Origin: a virus
Lineage: Duplodnaviria > Caudoviricetes
Strand: one strand, 5' to 3'
Length of the DNA stretch: 33,592 bases
IMG/VR virus record: IMGVR_UViG_3300032243_000765
Location: 1-33,592 of that record
Shown piece after piece: positions 1 through 8,694 of the stretch; position 1 is the stretch's first letter, and the number at the start of each line of letters is the position of its first letter. Position numbers and translations under genes: made by a program. The notes under the pieces were generated by a model. The model worked only from the letters and a program-made list of their open reading frames with translations. It was not told where the DNA came from and did no database searches.

Positions 1-1
1 C

Positions 2-664
2 CACGACATCTACAGCATCCTCCAACGCTTGGACTTGATTGAGGGCCGGATTACTCCCGCCACAGTCCGGAAAGGCTTTAACGCACAACAGAAGTCAGTG
101 CCACAGATGCCAGCATTATTCAAAATGCCCAAACAAGGGCCTGTACTAGGTGGCGACCCCAATAAAAAAGCATCACCTGCTGGCTACATGTTTGGTGATG
201 ATGTAGAAGTGGGACAAATGCCCTTGGCAGAGACCATGGCTGAAATTGAAGAAGACATGATCTCCAAGGTCAAGAAAGACCTAACACACTACCTGGATCA
301 GTTGGCAGACAAAGTCCGAGTTGATCAAGATCTCAAAGACAAAGCAGTTCGAGATATTGAAGACGATAATCCCACAGATCCACAAGAAGAAGCGGCGGAA
401 GTAGATGAGATGCATGGCACACAAGGTCAAATCTCAACCATACCCGAACCTGTTAGTTCACCAGTAAAGACTATTCCACTTGAAGATGGTTCAGTATTAG
501 AGATACACGGTGACCAACGCAGAGGATTTACCATTCACAATGGCGCTCGAAGCATGCCTAGTAAGTTTCGAGAATTAGATGAAGCCGAGATGGCAGTGAA
601 TCTATATCGTGCCAGACGTCCGGCCAAGCCTGACTCCAGTGCAGACTACGTGGAAGAAGCATAA
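2..664 (+). CDS. Hypothetical acidic phage protein, 5'-partial (possible head/internal protein)
   Basis: The frame is open from base 2 (HDIYSILQRLDLIEG...), so the true start is probably upstream of the window; the ORF track starts it at TTG 29. Acidic, with several L/I-x-E motifs. Stop TAA overlaps the next ATG (TAATG). Confidence 0.7.
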   Translation, partial: HDIYSILQRLDLIEGRITPATVRKGFNAQQKSVPQMPALFKMPKQGPVLGGDPNKKASPAGYMFGDDVEVGQMPLAETMAEIEEDMISKVKKDLTHYLDQLADKVRVDQDLKDKAVRDIEDDNPTDPQEEAAEVDEMHGTQGQISTIPEPVSSPVKTIPLEDGSVLEIHGDQRRGFTIHNGARSMPSKFRELDEAEMAVNLYRARRPAKPDSSADYVEEA

Positions 665-2439
665 TGATACTGAACGAATTTTTTAACTTACCTCAAGTGT
701 TTGAAAAGCAAACGGATGAAGGAATCTTTGGTAGCAAAAAACCTGCAGAGCCTTTTGAATTTTATTTAGACGGCTGTGATCCTTACGCTGTTAAAAAATA
801 TCTACTGAACAAGTTTGGATCTAAAGGATGGCGTGTGGCAGGTCCTGGAGCAGGGACCAGCAGAGTATTTGTTGCCATGTCCCCAGAATTATATCCAACA
901 GCCAACGAAGCAAAATGGGATATAGAATCCAACTGTGGTCAACAAGGTGTGGCGGAAGACTTGAACGAAATTTACAAAATGCCGCCTACAAAAGACAGTA
1001 GTCAAGGAATGACCATTTGGGCCTATAATGATGCACTAGAAAAAAAGTTGCCTGTTGTGCATAAAGATAAAAATGTAATAATTTTTAAATCCAATGAAGA
1101 TTTACTGCGATATATCATATTACAAGATGGAAACCCTGTATTGTATATTGGTTTTAGTAAATTCCTTGATGGGTATAAATCCGGTGCTGTTGCTACCGAA
1201 ATACAAGGACGTGGTAAGGGTTTAGCACAAAAAGCATATATAAATGCCAGTGATATTTTAGGTGTTCCGATATATAGTGATAGCACACAAACTGATGCGA
1301 GTCGTTTAGGAATATGGGACAAACTTATTCAACAATACCCAGATAGAATTGTGGGATACGATCAAAAAACTAATAAAAATTTGCCATTGTCAGTTGGTGA
1401 CAAAGGTCCAATAGTAAATCAAAATCAACCTATATATGTTGATAGAAATCCAATAGACACAAAAAAGCCGGTATCACAAAATCAAAGATATAGAACAAGA
1501 ATTTTAAAACTGCTACCTATCAAGCAAAGTGTGGCGGAAGGTGTTGACATTGGCCAAGAATGGATGAGTGATACTGAGTTAGACCAGTATGTACCAGACC
1601 GCTTACAACAGCAATGGCGTGAACTATTGGGCTATGATCAGAATGGCAATCCAAGTGCGTTGTGGGTCAACTTAACAGGCGGCTACGAGCCCGATGTTCA
1701 GGATCCACAACACCGTGCGTTAATGGTCAAAGTGGCCAACAAGTGGTTTGCCGCAAAAAAGATTCCCAATGTCAAATTCTATGATGTCAAAGATGCTGAT
1801 GATGAATTAGAGTGGTTGGTACAAATTGGTTCTCAAGATGTGGCGGAAGGCTTGACTGGTCTATCTATACAACAACTGGCCACTATCAGTGACGAAGCAT
1901 TAGACAATGCTTATCATTATGGTCGTAGTCAACCTGGAAATACATTTGGTTGGCAAGCAAACTTGAAGTCCGCGGCTTATGCTAAACAAATGATTGACAA
2001 GGGTGTTACTGATATTGAAGCCATTAGCGATGCTATTCATACAGGTTGGAATGTAACTGCTCAAGCATTTGTAAAAAATCCTGATCAATTCAGTGATACT
2101 GAAAAACTAAAGGCTGCAGGTAAACTAGAGGCTAAACTTCAACAACGAGCACAATTGATGAAACAAAATTATGCTCAACTCCCAGAAGAAGAAAAAGAAA
2201 AAGACCGTGTGGTTGCTAGAGCATTATTACGTGCTATTACTGGTCAGCAAGGTGTGGCGGAAGGCAAGGACGACTACGTGCCACCTCGAGAAGCCAACTA
2301 CGATGACAAATATCAGGCCATGGTCCGGCGTGTGGGCGAAAAAGCCAAGCGGCAGGAAAAAGCCCGACAGCAACAGCCGCCAAAAACTCCTGTGCGTGAA
2401 AATCGCAGAGAGTTGTTGAAACAAATCATCCAATCATAA
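664..2439 (+). CDS. Modular repeat-delimited protein (QxVAE linkers) with GNAT-like and RyR-like modules; possible virion internal polyprotein
   Basis: 591 aa. Four linkers: QGVAED, QSVAEG, QDVAEG, QGVAEG. Module 2 has the GNAT-like motif QGRGKGLA plus SDSTQT. Module 4 has IHxxW and YAQLPEEEKEKDR, typical of RyR-domain repeats. Confidence 0.75.
   Translation: MILNEFFNLPQVFEKQTDEGIFGSKKPAEPFEFYLDGCDPYAVKKYLLNKFGSKGWRVAGPGAGTSRVFVAMSPELYPTANEAKWDIESNCGQQGVAEDLNEIYKMPPTKDSSQGMTIWAYNDALEKKLPVVHKDKNVIIFKSNEDLLRYIILQDGNPVLYIGFSKFLDGYKSGAVATEIQGRGKGLAQKAYINASDILGVPIYSDSTQTDASRLGIWDKLIQQYPDRIVGYDQKTNKNLPLSVGDKGPIVNQNQPIYVDRNPIDTKKPVSQNQRYRTRILKLLPIKQSVAEGVDIGQEWMSDTELDQYVPDRLQQQWRELLGYDQNGNPSALWVNLTGGYEPDVQDPQHRALMVKVANKWFAAKKIPNVKFYDVKDADDELEWLVQIGSQDVAEGLTGLSIQQLATISDEALDNAYHYGRSQPGNTFGWQANLKSAAYAKQMIDKGVTDIEAISDAIHTGWNVTAQAFVKNPDQFSDTEKLKAAGKLEAKLQQRAQLMKQNYAQLPEEEKEKDRVVARALLRAITGQQGVAEGKDDYVPPREANYDDKYQAMVRRVGEKAKRQEKARQQQPPKTPVRENRRELLKQIIQS
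943..2265 (+). repeat. Four dispersed in-frame direct repeats, consensus CAARRTGTGGCGGAAG
   Basis: The invariant core TGTGGCGGAAG lies at 948-958, 1530-1540, 1839-1849 and 2253-2263. Spacings are 582, 309 and 414 nt, all multiples of 3. Confidence 0.95.
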
Positions 2440-2440
2440 G

Positions 2441-2528
2441 AACACACCTACCTTAGGACCGTGTGGCCCGGGTGCTGGGCGTGGAAAGCGATTCGCTACC
2501 GTGATCCGCAAAGTGACCATTTTTCTTT
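2441..2528 (+). ncRNA. Candidate structured intergenic RNA (three hairpins followed by a T-rich run)
   Basis: Stems CACAC(2443-47)/GTGTG(2461-65), GCCCGG(2466-71)/CTGGGC(2475-80), and GTGGA(2481-85)/TCCGC(2505-09) enclosing AGCG/CGCT. GC-rich relative to its flanks. Family not recognised. Confidence 0.45.
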
Positions 2529-2538
2529 ACCAAACCCA

Positions 2539-2567
2539 TTGCTTTCGTAACTACATCAGTGTATAAT
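2539..2567 (+). promoter_or_regulatory. Sigma70-type promoter
   Basis: TTGCTT-N17-TATAAT, followed by SD AAGGAG at 2576-2581 before ATG 2587. Confidence 0.7.
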
Positions 2568-2586
2568 ACATGATCAAGGAGAACAC

Positions 2587-2853
2587 ATGAGCGATTATAA
2601 CCGCACTTTTAATGCCGAGGCCAAAGCCAAACTCACACAACTGATCAACGAAGGCATGCAAGTGCTACACGAAGTTGACACACTGAACGAAGGCCTCAAT
2701 GACACCATCAAGGCCATTGCTGAAGAATTGGAAATCAAACCTGCTACCTTAAAGAAAGCAATCAAGATTGCTCACAAGGCCAAACTGGGCGAGACCAATC
2801 GAGATCATGACGAACTCAACACTATCTTGGAAACTGTAGGCAAGACACTTTGA
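2587..2853 (+). CDS. Phage double-stranded DNA-binding protein (T4 DsbA-like)
   Basis: 88 aa helical protein (IKAIAEELEIKPATLKKAIKIAHK). Size, pattern and position near replication genes resemble T4-like dsDNA-binding proteins. Strong SD. Confidence 0.55.
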   Translation: MSDYNRTFNAEAKAKLTQLINEGMQVLHEVDTLNEGLNDTIKAIAEELEIKPATLKKAIKIAHKAKLGETNRDHDELNTILETVGKTL

Positions 2854-3161
2854 AACAAAGTTTTCAAGAATGGCGTAGTTCCGTTGCGGACTATGTTCGC
2901 AATGACTATCACGAATATCCCCTGCGCTTCTGCTTGGAGATGTTGGGTTGGGTAATCTCAATTGGCTGTAGTCTAACCTATGCTATTACAGTGCCCAACT
3001 TGCCATTCATTCCGCTGTATGCGGCTTTCATCACAGGATGCTTGATCATGGCCTGGTGTGCTTACACACGCGGCAGTTTTGGTATCCTGGGCAACTATTT
3101 GATACTAAGTATTATTGACAGCACAGGGCTGATAAAACTTCTTATTCAAGGCAATGGCTAA
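2850..3161 (+). CDS. Small membrane protein
   Basis: 103 aa with about three hydrophobic segments; the TTG start overlaps the upstream stop (TTGA). Confidence 0.65.
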   Translation: MKQSFQEWRSSVADYVRNDYHEYPLRFCLEMLGWVISIGCSLTYAITVPNLPFIPLYAAFITGCLIMAWCAYTRGSFGILGNYLILSIIDSTGLIKLLIQGNG

Positions 3162-4147
3162 TGGACGATCATGCCTGGGATGCACAATGGAGAAGTGCTG
3201 AAAATTACTGTGTTAAACAGATAAAAGATTTTGATTTTAAATTAAAACTAACGCACCCAGACCTATCTATTCAAGGATATCTTGTTGATGCAGTTCCTAC
3301 TGAGCGTCTCCAAGAACAGTGCAAACAGTACAGGCATGTGTATTTGCTTTCAGAGCAGTCAGGTTTTGCTGTTCCGGAAAATTGCACAGTGCATACCATG
3401 CCCAAATCATTCTACGGTACCTACTATGTAGACAACTTGAATCAGGATTGCGAAATTGTTCGAGATTATAATTGTTTCATGCACCGGGCCGACATTGCTC
3501 GACAAAATTGGTTTTATATTTTTTATGATCGTGGTTGGTTAGATCTTGGACATGTATCGTTTAATATTGATTTGCGCCCAGGGCTTTGGTATCCGGCTGA
3601 AACATCCAAAGAGGTGTTTGATCACTATCATAAAAGTTTGTTAAACAGTTACGACTATTTGTATTCATCTGTAGAAAAAATTGTGCCTTACAAAAACTTT
3701 GTAGATACGCACAATCAATTTGAAAGAGTGCTAGAAACAAAGTTTAGTATAGTTGTAGAACCCTATTACGAACGCCCAGATTCAGTTTGTTTCAGTGAAA
3801 AAACCATGCGTGTGCTACAGTTACCAAGACCTTGGGTACTATTCGGTGCCACTGGATCAGTTGATCGATTAAGAAACATGGGGTTTGATGTGTTTGATGA
3901 TTTTGTGGATCACAGTTATGATGTGTTTGATACAGAGCAATCTTATGTTCAACGACAGGATGCTATGATCTCTGAAATTGAAAAACTATTGCAATTACAG
4001 ACAACACCTGCTATAATAGATACATGGAAACAAAAAGCACAACACAATAGAAATATTTTAAGAACATGGGCACAGACTTGGCAGTCGGATTTTTTGAAAC
4101 TGTTAGATAAAGTTTATTGTGATGCAACACAATCACATGCTAAGTAA
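3161..4147 (+). CDS. Hypothetical protein, glycosyltransferase-like (SIVVE...SEKT...GFDVFDDFVDHSYD family)
   Basis: The C-terminal motifs are shared with ORF 18610-19554 and resemble GT10/GT-B nucleotide-sugar-binding regions. Function is inferred. Confidence 0.55.
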   Translation: MDDHAWDAQWRSAENYCVKQIKDFDFKLKLTHPDLSIQGYLVDAVPTERLQEQCKQYRHVYLLSEQSGFAVPENCTVHTMPKSFYGTYYVDNLNQDCEIVRDYNCFMHRADIARQNWFYIFYDRGWLDLGHVSFNIDLRPGLWYPAETSKEVFDHYHKSLLNSYDYLYSSVEKIVPYKNFVDTHNQFERVLETKFSIVVEPYYERPDSVCFSEKTMRVLQLPRPWVLFGATGSVDRLRNMGFDVFDDFVDHSYDVFDTEQSYVQRQDAMISEIEKLLQLQTTPAIIDTWKQKAQHNRNILRTWAQTWQSDFLKLLDKVYCDATQSHAK

Positions 4148-4208
4148 CAAAGAGTCGTTCACTACACGAACATGAATCATGGCCAACCAGCCACAAATGG
4201 AGAGAAAA
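4141..4208 (+). promoter_or_regulatory. Structured leader (two hairpins, possible SD-pairing pseudoknot) with a TAAGTA late-promoter-like motif
   Basis: Stems GTTC(4157-60)/GAAC(4168-71) and TGGC(4180-83)/GCCA(4190-93). Loop CCA(4187-89) can pair with TGG(4198-4200) at the start of the SD TGGAG. Confidence 0.4.
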
Positions 4209-4880
4209 ATGAACAATAAAGTAATGATTTGTTACTGCGGAGGGTCCGGCGGACACTTTATAGCGGCGTTATGTGAATATCTATTATTTCATAATAAACT
4301 AGAACCAACTCCTGAAGGTTCATATCATGTTTTGCAGTATGCTAGGCATCTATCATCTTCACAACTTCTTCCACAAATTTTAACAGCAGAAAGTATTGCC
4401 AGAGAATCTCAGTTTATTGAAAATCTTTCCGACTATCCATTAAACGTAAGCATTCTTAGAAACGTAGCATTGCTAGAGTTGCTCGGGTGGAAGGTTATAT
4501 ACATAACTTATCGTGTAGATCAAGTTCCAGAAATACGCTACCGGCATGATAAAAAACGCCCTCCTATGCGTATCGAAGATATAACTGAAGAAGTATATAA
4601 TATGCTTAAAGGCAACGACTGGCCTACCTGGGAACAATACAAAAATGGTGCAACTGTAGATGAACTTCATCCGGTGTATGCAAGATTAGTCAACAAAGAA
4701 GAATTATTAGATTGGTTTTATATACTTCCTCCAGAATCAAATAATATCTGCGAAATTAAATTTGATGAAATTTTACGTGGGTATACCCTTATTGACAAGT
4801 TAATTTCATTTTTAAATATTAATGATGTTAACAAAAACGAATTGAAGGAATTTGTTGACAATTATAGATCTAAACAATGA
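4209..4880 (+). CDS. Hypothetical AT-rich protein (sulfotransferase/P-loop-like N-terminus)
   Basis: Start moved to ATG 4209 because of the GGAGAG SD. N-terminal YCGGSGGHF resembles ORFs 14900 and 21280. Contains KGNDWP. Confidence 0.55.
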   Translation: MNNKVMICYCGGSGGHFIAALCEYLLFHNKLEPTPEGSYHVLQYARHLSSSQLLPQILTAESIARESQFIENLSDYPLNVSILRNVALLELLGWKVIYITYRVDQVPEIRYRHDKKRPPMRIEDITEEVYNMLKGNDWPTWEQYKNGATVDELHPVYARLVNKEELLDWFYILPPESNNICEIKFDEILRGYTLIDKLISFLNINDVNKNELKEFVDNYRSKQ

Positions 4881-7537
4881 GTTATATTGACGCACTATTT
4901 GATCGTGAGCACGATCGTATTCACATTGTAGAACGCCGTAATGGCGAACGAGTATATAGGGAATATCCTGCCAACTACATATTCTACTACGACGACCCAA
5001 GAGGTAAATTCCAAAGTATCTATGGCACATCAGTTACAAGATTCAGCACAAGAAACAACAAGGAGTTCCGCAAGGAAGTGCGTGTTCACAGCCATAAGCC
5101 GCTGTATGAAAGCGACATCAATCCCATATTCAGATGCCTTGAAGAAAACTACAAGGACCAAGATGCGCCTGAACTTCACACAGCGTTTTTTGACATTGAG
5201 GTGGCGTTTGATAAAGATCGCGGCTTCTCACCGGTATCGGACCCTTTTAATCCCATTACTGCGATTTCAGTCTATCTAGATTGGCTAGATCAACTGGTAA
5301 CCCTGGCAGTACCTCCCCGGAGCATGACCTGGGCCACGGCACAGGATCTTGTGGCTGACTTTGAGAACACTATCTTGTTCGAGCAAGAGTCAGAAATGAT
5401 CAAGACCTTTTTGGACTTGATTGAAGATGCAGACATCTTGACAGGTTGGAACTCAGAAGGCTATGACATTCCCTACACCATCAACAGAGCCACACGAGTG
5501 TTATCAAAAGATGACACACGACGTTTTTGTTTGTGGAACCAACTGCCCAAGAAGCGTATGTTTGAACGTTTTGGTGCTGAGAATGAAACTTATGACTTGA
5601 TTGGTCGTGTGCATATGGACTATATGCAACTGTATCGCAAGTACACATATGAAGAGCGCCATTCATATAGTTTGGACGCTATATCAGAATACGAACTGGG
5701 TGAGTGCAAGACACAATTTGAAGGCACCCTGGACAGTTTATACAATCAACACTTCCGGACGTTTATTGAATATAATCGTCAAGATACTATGCTTATCGCC
5801 AAGATGGACAAGAAGTTACGCTTCTTGGAATTGGCCAATGAATTGGCGCATGCCAATACCGTGCTACTGCAAACCACAATGGGTGCGGTGGCTGTAACTG
5901 AACAGGCAATTATCAATGAAGCACATGAACGTGGAATGGTTGTGCCCAACCGTAAACAAAGACTCACAGACGAAGACACACAGGCGGCAGGTGCCTATGT
6001 TGCTTATCCCAAGAAAGGTGTCCACGAATGGATTGGTTCAGTCGACATCAACAGTCTCTATCCCTCGGCTATTCGTGCGCTCAACATGGGGCCAGAAACC
6101 ATTGTAGGACAACTGCGTCCTGTGATGACTGATCACTTGATCAAAAGCAACATGGCCAAGGGTCAGAGTTTTGCGGCAGCCTGGGAAGGCTTGTTTGCCA
6201 CACTAGAATATACTGCTGTGATGGAACAACAGCGTGGAACAGAGATCACTATCGATTGGCAGTCAGGAGAAGAGACTGTGCATTCGGGTGCAGAAATATG
6301 GCACATGTTGTTTGATAGCAATCAGCCTTGGATACTCAGTGCCAATGGTACTATCTTTACCTATGAAAAGAAAGGTATCATACCTGGCTTGCTGGAACGT
6401 TGGTATAGTGAACGCAAGGAACTACAGGCTCGAAAAAAGGACGCACGAGATGCCAAAGAAATTGCTTTCTGGGACAAACGCCAACTGGTTAAAAAGATTA
6501 ACCTCAACAGTTTGTACGGGGCTATTCTTAACCCGGGCTGTAGGTTCTTTGACAAACGTATTGGACAGTCAACAACACTTACTGGTCGTTCGATTGCCCG
6601 GCACATGGACGCTTATCTTAATGAGTGCATCACAGGCGAATACGACCACGTGGGAAAAGCAGTTATATATGGTGACACAGACTCGTGTTATTTCTCCGCG
6701 TGGCCGGCTCTCAAGAAAGAAGTTGAAGAAGGCCGCATGGCATGGTCAAAAGAAACTTGTATTCAACTGTATGACAGCCTTGCTGAGCAGGTCAACTCGA
6801 GTTTTCCCGGCTTCATGGAACAGGCGTTTCACTGCCCCAGAGACATGGGTGCATTAATCATGTGCGGTCGTGAAACTGTGGCAGATCGTGGTTTGTTTAT
6901 TACCAAAAAGCGTTATGCTGTGAACGCTATTGATATTGAAGGCAAAAGATTAGACGTAGAAGGCAAAATTGGCAAAACAAAAGCCACAGGACTTGACCTA
7001 AAACGTTCAGATACCCCCAAAGTAATTCAAGAGTTCTTGCTAGAAATTCTAAATAAACTACTTTCTGGTGCTGGCAAGGATGAGATTGTGGAACGTATAC
7101 GTGAGTTCAAGTATGAATTTATGGAACGACCAGGTTGGGAGAAAGGCAGTCCCAAGCGTGTGAACAACTTGACCAAGTACGCGGCAGAAGAAGCCAGACT
7201 GGGCAAAGCCAACATGCCAGGGCATGTGCGAGCCGCAATGAACTGGAATCAGATGAGACGTATGAACGGAGACAACTACTCAATGCAGATTGTGGACGGT
7301 ATGAAAACCATTGTGTGCAAACTCAAATCAAATGCATTGGGTTGGACTTCAATTGGTTATCCTACAGATGAACAACGCTTGCCCACTTGGTTTACTGAAT
7401 TGCCGTTTGACGATGGACTTATGGAAGCAACTGTAGTGGATCAAAAGGTTGACAACTTGTTGGGCGTGTTGGATTGGGAATTGGCATCAGCAACCAACAC
7501 AGAAAACACATTTACTAATTTGTTTGAATTTGGATGA
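4877..7537 (+). CDS. gp43: DNA polymerase family B (T4 gp43-like)
   Basis: Exonuclease motifs FDIEV, GWNSEGYDIPY and YNRQD; polymerase motifs DINSLYPS, KKINLNSLYG and YGDTDS; 886 aa. Confidence 0.97.
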   Translation: MSYIDALFDREHDRIHIVERRNGERVYREYPANYIFYYDDPRGKFQSIYGTSVTRFSTRNNKEFRKEVRVHSHKPLYESDINPIFRCLEENYKDQDAPELHTAFFDIEVAFDKDRGFSPVSDPFNPITAISVYLDWLDQLVTLAVPPRSMTWATAQDLVADFENTILFEQESEMIKTFLDLIEDADILTGWNSEGYDIPYTINRATRVLSKDDTRRFCLWNQLPKKRMFERFGAENETYDLIGRVHMDYMQLYRKYTYEERHSYSLDAISEYELGECKTQFEGTLDSLYNQHFRTFIEYNRQDTMLIAKMDKKLRFLELANELAHANTVLLQTTMGAVAVTEQAIINEAHERGMVVPNRKQRLTDEDTQAAGAYVAYPKKGVHEWIGSVDINSLYPSAIRALNMGPETIVGQLRPVMTDHLIKSNMAKGQSFAAAWEGLFATLEYTAVMEQQRGTEITIDWQSGEETVHSGAEIWHMLFDSNQPWILSANGTIFTYEKKGIIPGLLERWYSERKELQARKKDARDAKEIAFWDKRQLVKKINLNSLYGAILNPGCRFFDKRIGQSTTLTGRSIARHMDAYLNECITGEYDHVGKAVIYGDTDSCYFSAWPALKKEVEEGRMAWSKETCIQLYDSLAEQVNSSFPGFMEQAFHCPRDMGALIMCGRETVADRGLFITKKRYAVNAIDIEGKRLDVEGKIGKTKATGLDLKRSDTPKVIQEFLLEILNKLLSGAGKDEIVERIREFKYEFMERPGWEKGSPKRVNNLTKYAAEEARLGKANMPGHVRAAMNWNQMRRMNGDNYSMQIVDGMKTIVCKLKSNALGWTSIGYPTDEQRLPTWFTELPFDDGLMEATVVDQKVDNLLGVLDWELASATNTENTFTNLFEFG

Positions 7538-8694
7538 AACTCAGCGGCATAGTCAATTATAAGAATCTTTTGGACGGTCTCAGTAGTGGGCCTGCGGCTC
7601 AAGACTTACTGAACGAAATTTTGAGCATGATAAATTCGGTCGAAGTCAGTGGTGTACAAATTCCAAATACTGTAGAACAGTTGACTCAAGCACATGAACA
7701 AGTGGCACAGGCCTTGAATGAGTTTGAACAGCAGTTTACACAATTGAAACAGTCAGTTCAAAATCTAATCGAGCAACAAGAGCCTGAGTATTTTCGCAAT
7801 AGCATGGATCTTTACAATACTGGATATCGTAACGAGTCACCCGAACACATTCGCGATCGACACATAGGTCTTGATCCTATAACCTCTGTTGTGATACAAC
7901 ATCGACTGAAATTGTATACAAGTTGGCAACACCCTGGTATGGTCATACGTCCGTCTCATGCACGGCATGTAGAAGATCTTGTGGCATGTGATCCTATGTA
8001 TTTTGTGGATACTAATTCTCAACTGTTAGAAATCACAGAGTCATGGTTCACACCCGAGTATCAACGTAGACTATGCCGTTACGTGATTGAAGAATACACT
8101 GACCAACCTGCGTTTATCAATTTGCCTGCCGGGCAATTTGGTTTGATTTATGCATTTCATTTTTTCAATTATCGCCCTTGGCCTGTGTTACAACAGTATC
8201 TTCGAGAATGTTTTGATCTACTGAGGCCTGGAGGTGTCGTGGCTTTTACCTATAACAACTGTGACATTGCCGGTCGTGTGGGCAAGGTTGAGCACTGTTC
8301 GGGCAGTTATACTCCGGGTAGGCTGGTTCGAGCCTATGTACAAGAATTAGGTTATGAAACAATTTTTGATCTAGACGATGATTCCGACACCAGTTGGTTG
8401 GAATTACGTAAGCCTGGTGAGTATTCTAGCATACGAGGAGGACAAACATTGGCCTCTATAAATCAGAGATCAAATGTTGCCAATGACATTGACAACCCGC
8501 CAGAATCTGTGTACAATGAAGTGAACATGTTGTTGAATATTGCCCAACGATTAGGTATTGACCTAAAACAATGCATTACTAAAGGACAATACTCAACAAA
8601 AAAACTAAGACGCTCTATTGAACAGAGTGTGTATCCTCAGCCACTAACTGAGCAACTGATAAGAGAACTATTTAACCAAAGGAAACAATCATGA
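7534..8694 (+). CDS. SAM-dependent methyltransferase-like protein with an N-terminal coiled coil
   Basis: QFGLIYAFHFF and LLRPGGVVAFTY match class I methyltransferase C-terminal motifs; motif I is degenerate; Q/E-rich coiled-coil N-terminus. Confidence 0.55.
   Translation: MKLSGIVNYKNLLDGLSSGPAAQDLLNEILSMINSVEVSGVQIPNTVEQLTQAHEQVAQALNEFEQQFTQLKQSVQNLIEQQEPEYFRNSMDLYNTGYRNESPEHIRDRHIGLDPITSVVIQHRLKLYTSWQHPGMVIRPSHARHVEDLVACDPMYFVDTNSQLLEITESWFTPEYQRRLCRYVIEEYTDQPAFINLPAGQFGLIYAFHFFNYRPWPVLQQYLRECFDLLRPGGVVAFTYNNCDIAGRVGKVEHCSGSYTPGRLVRAYVQELGYETIFDLDDDSDTSWLELRKPGEYSSIRGGQTLASINQRSNVANDIDNPPESVYNEVNMLLNIAQRLGIDLKQCITKGQYSTKKLRRSIEQSVYPQPLTEQLIRELFNQRKQS
8489..8517 (+). promoter_or_regulatory. 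Sigma70-type promoter inside the 3' end of ORF 7534-8694
   Basis: TTGACA-N17-TACAAT, about 170 nt upstream of ATG 8691. Confidence 0.7.

Noticed and set aside
943-2265. CRISPR array interpretation of the TGTGGCGGAAG repeats
   Set aside because: The repeats are only 11-16 nt, the spacers are 300-580 nt and protein coding, and no cas genes are present.
2441-2515. tRNA or known ribozyme
   Set aside because: No cloverleaf, TTC loop or CCA end, and I could not fit hammerhead or HDV catalytic cores by eye; kept only as an unknown structured element.
4877-7537. Intein or intron in the DNA polymerase
   Set aside because: The ORF is continuous, of normal length, and shows no splicing or homing-endonuclease motifs.
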